In this document: piece after piece, positions 25,771 to 35,964 of the stretch | Numbering within the stretch: position 1 is the stretch's first letter | How the letters are laid out: each line of letters starts with the position of its first letter | Source: Ramazzottius varieornatus | Lineage: Eukaryota; Animalia; Tardigrada | Direction of reading: 5' to 3' | NCBI GenBank assembly: GCA_001949185.1 | Contig: BDGG01000010.1 | Span: forward strand, 1,063,773 to 1,127,772 | DNA: 64,000 bases | Position numbers and translations under genes: made by a program | The notes under the pieces: generated by a model | Database searches by the model: none | Told to the model about the DNA's origin: nothing | The model's input: the letters and a program-made list of their open reading frames with translations, nothing else

Positions 25771-27812
25771 TTACAACTGCTGAAGTAAGGTGGCGAGAGC
25801 TTCCACCAGTTCCGTAAAAGCCATTGAAATCAAGAGGGCGGGATCCTTCTTATAGTTGTCACGCATTTCCATCACGAAGGTTTGATTGATGCCTAGATAG
25901 CCATATATCCAGTCAGCCTGAAGTCCAGTTGTTTGATCTACGAGCAAAAGCCTTAACAGTATGATTTCCCATGGTCGGAAGAATGATGCTCAGACCGATG
26001 AAGCTTGAACGGATATGTTGCGAGGAACGTCACGTATCACCTACACAGTGTTCCAGCGACACTTCCGTGTTGGTACTTCCGGCCATTGGGTGCCTCCATT
26101 GCGGCGGCCATGTTCGAAGCAAGGCGACTAAGGTGATCATAATGCGGGACGGGCTTCGTTGTGTAACCATACGGGAAGAGCAACTGCTGTCCACCGATCA
26201 TACTGTGAAGACTCCAGGCACTCCACAGAGTGACGTTTCTCTGGTTCGCCAGGTCAACCAGGAAGTCCGAAAGAAGTTTCGACTCGGCTTCCGAAAAGGG
26301 CGACGGTCCAGCGTACAGTTCGGTACATGGTTCCAAAAGACTCAGCTGGCGCACTAAAGAAACAAGAAACAGAACATGAGCGAACAGTACAAAAAGAGCT
26401 CACTGATTTCATGTACCGATGTTGTCAGGACGCAGAAGCCGCGTGAAGAACCATGAGACAGTAGAGAAGAAGCCTGTTCTCGAAGGTTCGCCGTTCTTTT
26501 TACCTTCCCTGTCGGACTCCATTCCCCAATGGAAGTTCCAGTTGCGGTTGACGTCGACACCTAAACATCCCGAGCTGGACCTGGATCGGTTTTTACGCCA
26601 CTGTCGGCCCTGCGGAGTATTAACTCTCAAATGTGGTCCACAGGGCATTACTTATGGTTCAGTACTTGTCGGATCTCCAAAGTGCTCGCTTACCTTGGGT
26701 GTTCGAGAATATTCATAGCCATCAGGGTTGACCAACGGAACGATGTACCAGGAGACCTTTGCCCACGGGGAGGACTCATTTTTCTCGTGAGCCTTGACAA
26801 GCTTGTCGATAAGGGATAAGGCTACCGTAACTGTGATCTGTTCTCGCGAATGCGTTCCCCCATCCAAGAAGATTGCTTTGGTCGGGCCTTCCGCACCATT
26901 CAACGATCTATTCAATGCCTGACTGTCCTCCCTTGCTATCTGTAAAGACATAAAGTATAAAGTAGGACTCGCTAGAACCGCAAACTACTTTAACTGATCT
27001 AGTACTCTTGGAACGCACCTTTACGACGAAGATCGACCGGTTCTCGAAGGTCCTTCCTAAATCCCGGATTTCGACGAACGGATAAATGGATGGCAAATAC
27101 CTGAGCCATGACTCGACCTGGGCGTAGCTGTTTATAGCTCTCAAATTGATCTTCGTAGGCCCTGGATTCCTTGGAACTTGGGTTGTGAGCATCGAAACCT
27201 CACGGCCAGCCAACGCTTTGGTTGTCGCGTTTGAGGAATGAGCAATGGGGATGTTCACTTGGCTAGTTTCCGTCGAATGGTTCTCGACTTTCATTTCTGC
27301 AATTCCAGGGTTCCTTGGAACCATGGTCGAGGATGCAGAATAATGATGGGGAATCGATACTTTTGTTATTGTATTGGCCGAATGGGCACTTTTGGCTTTC
27401 GCTCGGATGACTGCCACGGAATGATTTTCGTCTCTTGGGCTCGCAGGTTCAGAGCTCCTGGGAACTTTGGTTGAGCATGTCGAATTATCATGGCGAAGCG
27501 GTGCTCGGGTTGCTGCGGTAGTGGAAAGAATAGTAGTGGAGATGTTTACTTGGCTTAGTTGGCCAGTTTCCGCCGACTGGTTTGCAAGATGCACAGAGCC
27601 CGCATTGGTACTTCCGTTCGCATTCATATCGGAACGTACAACCTGAAAAACAGATACAGAGTAAGCACGAAACCTCGCACCTGAAGCCGGATCTCCGAGT
27701 TCGGAAGTTTTGAAATATTTCGCACTGGAAACCCAGCCAATAACATCAATCCTGGTAATCCTGCGACGATCAGCAAGCTATCCCATATTCGATTTCGAGA
27801 TGAGGAATCCAT
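25771..27812 (-). CDS. Secreted M14A zinc metallocarboxypeptidase (CPA/CPB-like) with Ser/Thr-rich repeat N-terminal region
   Basis: Six exons (~27682-27812, 27019-27642, 26694-26939, 26417-26609, 26050-26353, 25771-25937). Motifs: IFLDGGTHSRE (H69/E72), PLVNPDGYEYS, WRKNR, GVDVNRNW (R145), PCTELYAGPSPFSEAE, SLHS (H196), YQTTGLQADW (Y248), FVMEMRD (E270). Hydrophobic leader MDSSSRNRIWDSLLIVAGLPGLMLLAG. Confidence 0.9.
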
Positions 27813-28061
27813 ATTGAACCGAGAGCCGTGCTTGGGATACTTTTGTTTCTTTTCCATCTAAGCCAATATAAACATAATATCCGATATGGAACGCAATAGC
27901 CTTTCCGTAAAAGAGAACGAAAATGAGCTTGCCGTCACCCGAAACGTCTCGTGAAAATGTCGCGCATCGTCAAAGATCATTCTGCGAGTGTCAAGGATGG
28001 TCAGGAAATCAGAAAGCATGAAGTGAAGCAAAGTGACGACAGAAAGTAGAACCATTCGAAC

Positions 28062-28677
28062 CTATTTTATCACCTTCATTTGCCACAAACCATCATTTAA
28101 AAAATGTATTATATCAATACCAATTCCCTTGTTAATTTTCTTTATGTCATCGCTACTCATCTTCGTCAGCCCGATACCGAGCGCGTGTTCTTTGCCTTCC
28201 GCTACGATGAGGACAGGCATGTCTTTCTCAACTTTGGACATCTTTCCGCCCGGTGATGTGAGACCAGGGCACATGATGTTGGCTCCACTGAGCACAAATC
28301 TAATGGCGCCTTTGTCTACCTGCATCCATGGGAGAATGAAGGGGTATTTATGAAGGATACGGAGGGTGGGCAGAAGTGGTCCATCGCGGTGCTTGAAGAA
28401 GAGTATTTCACCCGTCTGAGATGCAATCAACTCGATGTGCTCTTGACATTTCACCAGCTTGACGTTGTCCTTCTTCGGCCATATCTCGTCCATGTATGGT
28501 TCGACCTACGAGCATCAAACACACAACGACTATATAGACAGTTGCTCATCAGTGAATGCTTTAGTGACTTACATGAGGATACAGCTGGAGGAAATTCTGT
28601 CGCAGATTACGGATAGCTGATGACTTCAGCTGACTCGTTCCAGTTACTGCTTCCTTCTCCGTAAACTTCTTGAACAT
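28062..28677 (-). CDS. MCTS1: Malignant T-cell amplified sequence 1 (Tma20), PUA-domain ribosome recycling/reinitiation factor
   Basis: Two exons (28573-28677, 28062-28506): MFKKF...QLKSS...[41 protein letters not shown]...AEGKEHAL...[15 protein letters not shown], the canonical MCTS1 sequence. Confidence 0.96.
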
Positions 28678-28944
28678 TCTGTGCAGACTAGTGGCGTATC
28701 GTTGTAGACACCTCTAATCCAAGTCCTTCCAGCACAAGAAACTGACAGAGGAATAAAGTCGTAACAAGTCTCCAAGAAAGTACTTATATATTGCCTGCAA
28801 ATGGCCGTAAAAAGGAAGGAGCTTTTATTAGAGCGTCGACAATCTAGTCGACGGCCTCCTCGGTGCTTAGAGGAATAAACCAACACTGCATCAGGTGTAA
28901 GAACGAATCAGTTGAACATTAGATACCTTCAGGAAACCTAATAG

Positions 28945-30211
28945 CAGGGTCTGTAGTCTGTAGAGTACTGGTCTCACAGCTGTGCAGCACGGTAATATCG
29001 GATCGGTGGAAACATAATCAAAAAATCTAATTGGAGGAGGCAGAAGCATCCCGACACGCCCATCAGAAGCGATGACGTCACACTTTACTAAAAGTTTTCT
29101 TGTATCCCGGTGAGCGTCTCCGAGAAATAGGTGTGTTGTGGTGCGTGAGGGTTCTGGCTTTACATAACGTGTGCGATATTCGTTCGGGTACCGCGCGCAC
29201 CCGCAGATGCGCAGGAAGTGATGCGCCCTTACAGAGGTGCATGTTTGTCAGGGTGTACGCAAGTACTTGTCGCGCACGTTTTAAAAACCCAGAACCCTTC
29301 ACGCACCACGATACAAATGTTGCCGGAGACGCGCACATCCATCCAAATGGACTATTACCAAACAACCCTGGTACTACTACCACTAACCTGCAAACAGACA
29401 AGCAAAAACTTGCAACAGGCAATGGAGGAGCTGGGGAGGAAGTGAAGGGATGAGGGCGCTGTTGCAAGGAGACACAAACACCGAGCGAAGTACGACAGGA
29501 GGAGGCTATCACGCTAACACTGTGCACCGCCGGCTAACCTGAAAGAAAAGCAGTCAGGTTGCCAATGGTGCACCACACATCCTACAGTGTCTTCCGCGAA
29601 GGCTGATCACTCACCTCAGGTAAGACATTCGGAAGAAAGGGGGAGGGAAGACAGGAACCGAACGCCGAGCAAGGGATGACAGGGAAGCAGGCAAGCTACC
29701 ACCGGGCTTCGTCGGCCAACCTGAGACAAAGTCAGTCAAGCAATCGGTGAGCCACCACACATGCTCAGGTGACTTCCGTGAAACTGGTCACACTTACTTA
29801 CTTGATCCTGGAGTAGGGGAAGCAAGACGGCCAAGGTGGATACGAGGAGAGTCAGGAGAAAAAAAAGATCGAGAAATCGTCCAAATTCTGATGCAATGCC
29901 TGCGTCAGTTCACGCATACCAGGTTGGCGTATGCATGTGCTTATCACGTCCCATTGTAAGGTACCAAATTTGTAACGCATTAGCCTACAGCTCCGACGGT
30001 GTGTGTACGTGGATGCCGCGTTTCATTATAAAGGTACCAAATTTAACACGCATCACCCTACCGTTGCTGGGTGGAGAGCGCTTGCACCTGAACCAATCAA
30101 AACCTGGTTTTTCCTGGTTGCTGCAAAGCTTGTGTGAAGTTTCCCATAAAGCTGATGCCATTTCAACCATTCGAGCAATCAACCTGTGAAACCAGTACTC
30201 TACAGACCCTG
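28945..30211. mobile_element. Non-autonomous TIR DNA transposon (~1.27 kb), CAGGG termini, 7-bp TSD (P- or hAT-like)
   Basis: Left end ctaatag|CAGGGTCTGTAG(tctgtag)AGTACTGGTCTCACAG; right end CTGTGAAACCAGTACTCTACAGACCCTG|ctaatag. The direct repeat ctaatag flanks both ends. Subterminal direct repeats aaggtaccaaattt...acgcat..cctac at ~29958 and ~30031. No transposase ORF seen. Confidence 0.8.
29132..29315. repeat. ~185-bp foldback hairpin nested in the TIR element
   Basis: tgtgttgtggtgcgtgagggttctggctttacataacgtgtgcgata pairs with tgtcgcgcacgttttaaaaacccagaacccttcacgcaccacgataca (~48-bp arms); the inner region is also partly self-complementary. Confidence 0.75.
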
Positions 30212-31580
30212 CTAATAGCGAAATAAAATAGGAAAAATAACAAGTGACGTCAGACATCCTTATTTCGGTGAGGTTTAGCAACCGAAACAGCAACTGAAAA
30301 TAAACTAAAATTCGCGGGGCGGCACCCTTACGGGTACTGTGGCCGCCGAGGGAGGCTAATAGGGAAGAGACGGAACTGAGATGATGGCACTCATGGCAGC
30401 GCATATCCATCGAAATCGGATTACTCCATATTACGCAGTATACCATGCTACAGCCTTATCTCCTTCTTTTGTGACCTACTTTCGCTTCTTATCTCGAGCA
30501 CATTCCATTCACAAGCTTATTTTTCCCAATGTTGAACCTTGCCCTCCACGCACGTTCTTCGTGCGAACACAGGGGATTCAAACACAAGCTTGTCAGCTGG
30601 TGTGCCTTTCCAACCCACTTCGAGTGGTCTAAACAGTCTGAAGTTAACATTTTGTATTACTGGCGTAGCATTGCGAGCTACTTACGTAATATAGCCTCAC
30701 ATTGTATCGGCGGCCACAAAAAATTAATTAATCACTCGGATGACAGGAAATCCTCTAAGCTCGAAGAAACAACTTTCTTTCGAGGTTTTGTCATAGCGAG
30801 GGTTGAAGAAACATAAACAGACGTTCGGGCAGCACGTGTAGGATGTATTCTAGAAGATCTGAGGAGCGCCGGCTCAAAGTGGAAGTTGGGATAGGAGAAA
30901 CGGTCGAAGCGAGAATAGAAGTTAAGTGAGCCGTCAAAGTACCGGTCAAGATAGCAGCGAAATCAGCAGGCAAGCTGCCAGGTGAGGTCGCAGTTATGCC
31001 CGAAAATCTGAAACTGTCATGTCAACTGCTATCTTTATACACCGGACTTCAAGTCATAACGTTTTCATCTTCCTTTCGTCTCAGCATTCCTGATTCCATC
31101 GCAGGAGGCGTTACACAATAATCGTGGTTTTTTCACAAAACGGCGAATCGTTTTTGCTTGTCAAGCTCCACTGTCATCGCGAATCTTAGATTAAGTTTGG
31201 GGAGCTGTAGAACGGATTTTGCCATTCATCCGAAAGTCTGTTCTCAGCTTGCTCGATCAAGCGGCGCAGTTCATCGGATTATTTCAGTCTTATTTCACGT
31301 AATAAGGCTCCATTGCCGTTATTACGAAAATAAGGATCTGGAAGAAAATAATAATAGTATCCGCTCCGCGATCGTCCATATGAGTCCGTATTCTTATTTC
31401 TATTTTGCTCGCTTATTTCGGTTCCTAAACCTCACTATTACAGAGAACTACTGTATTGTTGGACGTAGAAAACAGTCAAAACACATCAAAACGGCAGGAA
31501 AATTCTCCGCTTCAAAAAGCAGGTAGTAACATCCATCCAAAAGAATACAATCAACTGAGACGCTATGGCAAACAGTGTTG

Positions 31581-32570
31581 TTAGTAGTGCGAGCAGGTCC
31601 TCATCCGAACTTCCAAGGAGCAATGCTTGTATTGGTCGACCAGTTCTCCGCTTTCGGGAGAAGGTTCACGTCGCTGGCGTAGACTCCGATGCGTCCGAGT
31701 CCGACTGCAGAAAACTTGGTGTCTTCGGGGTGGACAGGAACTAACCTGACGAAGCGAGGCTTCACTCCGATGCCTGCCGGTGCCTTGCAGGTACGCGGAG
31801 AGTTGTTCAGCGGTGATGTGTTTCGGAAAACCTCTGATGGCAAAGTCGCGACGCGGAGTCGGAGGGCCCCGCGGTTGTGTTGGATTGGCTTTTACGGTCT
31901 TCTCGTCAGTCTGTTGGGTGCCTTGCATAATAGCAGGTCTTACCTTTCGCGGGACTTCACTGTTTGGTGTTTGAGGTTTCCATGCTGTGATGGAGACGAA
32001 CGTAGGGATGCAGGCAGGGTGCACTGTTGGCACGATAGGGATCGGAGTGTTGCCTGATGAATACTGGGGACACCAGGCTGGGTCGGTATAGCTAAACAAA
32101 ATCGTAGTGCACTATACCGCCTGCACAGTCTCGCTCTGAGTGGCCAATCTGTTTGACGTCTCGCACGCAATTCCCGTAGTGCGCGCAAGCTTTCCGACAG
32201 TGCACACTGCAAGCTCCGACCCTCCCCCATTTCGGAAAAGACTGAAAGACTGTGGAACTACTTTTTCGTATAGCTGTCATAGATGCAAAGTGTCTACTAC
32301 TGCGCCCCTTCGGGTTGTGTAAGAGCCTCTTCAAGTCCACCTCACTCGATGACCAGACTCGAGCTCGGCCATAAAAGAATACGATCTTATAAGCCCGAAG
32401 TTTCTGAACAGAATCCGACCTTTCTCGGAATTAGAGGGAAGCGAGCACGAGCACAGGCAAAATGCGTTCAGAAAACAGCAATTGACACTCTCTTCTCACT
32501 AATCAATGATGATCGCTTCGAGCAAGAATATGTAAGCTCGAGTCCGATCCTCCTGAACAGAAATTCCTTT
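31581..32570 (-). mobile_element. Decayed ORF resembling ORF1 of a CR1/L2-type non-LTR retrotransposon, with upstream leader
   Basis: Frameshifted reading RRDFAIRGFPKHITAEQLSAYLQ / APAGIGVKPRFVRLVPV...GRIGVYASDVNLLPKAENWSTNTSIAPWKF resembles the C-terminal RRM-like block of CR1/L2 ORF1. An upstream Cys/His cluster (CSVHCRKACAHYGNCV...WCP) is PHD-like. No RT ORF is seen. Confidence 0.4.
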
Positions 32571-33289
32571 CTGTGCTTACTTCGTCGATTTCTCTTGCTG
32601 ACCATTTGCAGTCGACGCTCTTTGCATTTTTAAACTTCTCGTAAATTTGCATTATTGCCAGTTTTCACGACCGCCCAACCAAGTAATATCTTTTATTCAT
32701 AATATCACCATTTTGGCTGAATGTTACATCGATTTCTAAATAACCAATATCTTCCGTCTTCCGTGAAGTAGCTCGTACGAGGCCTTTGAAATATCAAACA
32801 GCCATTTTCATTTTCAAACAGCATCCAGTATGTTGAAAATTTACATCATCGGAAGTACGATGATCGAAAGCAGGAAGAAAATTCTGTTCCGAGAGCTTCG
32901 TGGTGGAGCGCAGAGTGACACCCTCGCCTGAATGTGCACGAAATAAAAGCGGCTAGCACGCCTCTTCCGTGCTAGGTATCATACCATTGAAAATGGCAAG
33001 CACGCTATGTAGTTCGCTCTCGACAGAATTTCTGTTCAGAAATTTTACGACATTTTAATTGAACTAGTCTAGTACGCTCTCGCAAGTCAGGCTTGATCAA
33101 TCTGAACAGGATTTTCCTTGCTCGATTCCCGAGTAGCCACACCTAATTAGCGCTCTTTGATCGCGCCGCGTTTGATGGTTTTACTGCGAGAGCGGTCTCG
33201 GTAGTTCGATTGACTTGAAGAGGCTCTAACCCGTAGGAGTTACTCGTATTCTCTGTGGTAGATGGGTTTCATTTGGCGGGACGGGCAGC

Positions 33290-33860
33290 CGTTAGGGATT
33301 GTTTTTTAACGTGGAAGATCTCTTTAGCATGGCTTCATGGCTATCCCGTAAGATCTTGATTTCCCCTTTAGCTTCTGATTTTCAACCTGTAGAGGCTTCC
33401 CCTGATCTTTTATACTTTCTTCCAAACAGTCCTGGAAGTTGTTGAGCACACCGTCGAGGATTTGCCTGACGAATATATCGATGGCTGCCGTTGCCTCTAC
33501 TGGCATCTCTAGTCCAGAGAAGTTAGGATACTGCGCTTCCACAGCTTCTTGCACCTTGTTCTTCATGGCTTCTTCCATTTTGAACGGAACTAGTAGGAGG
33601 TTGTCGTGGAGGTCGTAGATTGGAAGGTTCAGATCAAGAACAGGATTTTCGGCCGAGCTTGTGACAAACAAGGGAACCCCAGGACTTCCGCAGCTATTCT
33701 TCATATCAGTCACAGCGTTCATATTTCTTTCCAGGAGCGTCTCTTTGTTCCTGGAGATGGGAAGATTCATGGCTCTCAGCTGCTGTTTCAGGGATTCTTT
33801 CGATAAAATAGAGGGATCCGCCATAGTAGATAATACCGTTGATTGTTGATTGCTGGGCAT
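33290..33860 (-). pseudogene. SAP-domain + coiled-coil ORF, frameshifted near the 3' end (host gene remnant or retroelement gag/ORF1-like)
   Basis: DPSILSKESLKQQLRAMNLPISRNKETLLER fits the SAP consensus (LxxxxLKxxLxxxxLxxxGxKxxLxxRL). The coiled coil LQVENQKLKG continues as EIKILRDSHEAMLKR only after a frame change at ~33360. Intronless. Confidence 0.55.
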
Positions 33861-34335
33861 ACGTGCATTGCGATAAACTGTGCTGACGGCATACCGTCTT
33901 GGATCTTACATTTCCTCAGTCAAACAGTCTAGATCTTCTTTCCGGGTGTCGCAGTGGACCGTTTGACGTCGAAGTACCCCAGATGTCAGAGGTTGGATCC
34001 CTGGATTCTGGAATTTTGTACCAGAGTTCAAAGGGCTTCACTGATACCAGCGCCAGCAGTTTTCTAATTCACCAAGGGCGTGGTCGATGGTGGCAGTTGC
34101 AACAACTGGGCACCCAGTCGTATCAACCTGTTGTAGAACCCATCGTTGGGTCTCAGTACGTACAGAATCGCCACCGGCACCGGCTCTTCGTCCTCTGCCC
34201 CTTTTGTTTCGAGCGTTAACTCTGATGATCTCATGGTCTCATACCTACTGGCAGTGAAAACAATGATCCACCAATCGACACGATCCCACAATCGACCTGG
34301 CACTGCTACGCCACGCTAATTAGGATCAGGAAGGG

Positions 34336-34374
34336 TATTTAAAGAAGACGCAAACCACAAAAACCATATCAGTT
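34336..34374 (+). promoter_or_regulatory. Putative TATA + Initiator core promoter of the EXO5-like gene
   Basis: TATTTAAA at 34336-34343 and TCAGTT (arthropod-type Inr) at 34369-34374, ~30 nt apart. Followed by a 5'UTR intron GTATGG...AACAG (34564-34621) and ATG at 34633. Confidence 0.5.
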
Positions 34375-34632
34375 GTCCAGTTTCTCCAGTTCAGATTTTC
34401 CCCCTCTTCCCGGATTCCTCTGGACCTCCTTCATCACTTCCGCTTCATCCCCTTTCCCGGATTATCCCGAATTAGCAATTACATCTGGAGCCCGAAATAT
34501 TGCAGAGTCCCTAGATTTCCTGCTTGGTAAAGCCAGGGAAGTTAAAGGGGGTAAAGCTTCGAGGTATGGCAAGTTTAATTATTTAAAAGTGAATAACCAG
34601 TATCCACTATCGTGTTAACAGAAGAGTAGACG

Positions 34633-35700
34633 ATGGCATCGAACGACGAGCAACAGGTGGCGCTTCGAGAAAATGCGCCGACTTCCGCCCAAGATAACGT
34701 CCCTGCTGACCTCAAGGATCTGGCAGCGCTTAGCCAGGCTAATTAAGCACAATTTATGCGAGGTTTCGACCGGTACAGCATCATCGAAGTGGGCGGACTA
34801 CCCGTAGATTATGTTCCTAACTGGCATTACGTCACAGAAATATCGACGAAGTATAACTGGAGAGCCATCAAGCATCATCCAACAGTCGCGGAACAACGCC
34901 CAGTCGAACGCGGCGATGCCTTCCCGCGACCAGAATCTGAGATGAGCCGCAGAGAAAAAGGGATCTTGATTCACAAAGAACGAGAGCTGGCTGCCGCAGT
35001 GCACCTCATCCCATTGCCCACTTTCTTGCCCATCACACGTGAAGATCTCTTTGCGTTTAACTACATATTGAAACCGTTTGGGGCCTTCAAAACTCTGATC
35101 ACAAAGCCATGGGTTAACCTTGTAGCTGAGATCCTTCTCTTTGGGTGCCCCGCAGGTCGTAACATGATGGTTACGGGGAAAGTCGACCAGATCATATGTG
35201 ACTGGCGAAACGACGCCATGTTCATAGGGGACCTGAAAACAACAGGTCTGCGGACTGTGCCGGATTCATTCTACGAAGAGCAAACTTGCATACAGCTTAA
35301 TTTGTACCATCGGCTGGTGGACGACTTCGTGAGCGGAAAAATACCAATGGATGCCGTGGCAGGAATCGTAGACTTTGACCTGCAGAAGGATTTCACTCCG
35401 CACTTTCAACAAGGAATCGAATAGCTGTGTGGGTTTCCTTTGAGTAACATGGAGCAGCTGTACGCGTTCGTGGTCGAATATCTTACTCCGCTGCCCGAAA
35501 CGTTCGGGCTCTTTGTTGAGTATGTGCTCCAGTCGCCAGCGAGGAAGACCTTCCACGAGACACGAGTGGTCTACGACGAAGACAAACTGAAGCGAAGGCT
35601 GGAGGAGTTCTTCATCGGCTACGCCTGGGAGAAGGGAAGGTTTGGATCTTACGGATTCGACGAGCGACTACGGAAGTGGCATGGAATATTCTCCGGTTAA
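34633..35700 (+). pseudogene. EXO5: Exonuclease V (EXO5/DEM1)-like PD-(D/E)xK nuclease with two in-frame stop codons
   Basis: One frame from ATG 34633 to TAA 35698-35700, interrupted by TAA 34744-46 and TAG 35422-24. EXO5 motifs appear in order: YVTEIST..NW, GILIHKEREL, TREDLFA, EILLFG, GKVDQI...GDLKT (PD-(D/E)xK), QLNLY (QxxxY), VEYVLQ, YDEDKL...GYAW. Confidence 0.85.
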
Positions 35701-35964
35701 AGATCGAAATTTCTAGGTCAGAACTATTCTCTATCTTCTTTCCTAACAATGCTGAGACAGCAGGCACTGACGAATTTGTTCGTTGTTTATCTTGTACCAT
35801 AACCTATTTTCCTACTTGCATAGGCGCTCATAAGGCTGCCTTTACCAACAATTCATCAATGTTCACTGATTTACATATAATATTCACATGTTATATTACT
35901 GGCCCAATAAAGGTGTATTCCACTCAATGAAGAAACTCCTCATGAAAAATCTTCAGAGAAACCA

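Noticed and set aside
30316-30350. GC-rich hairpin (ggcggcacccttacgggt...gccgcc) resembling a Helitron 3' end
   Set aside because: The required CTRR terminus is absent (tttag on the minus strand) and no 5' TC end was identified.
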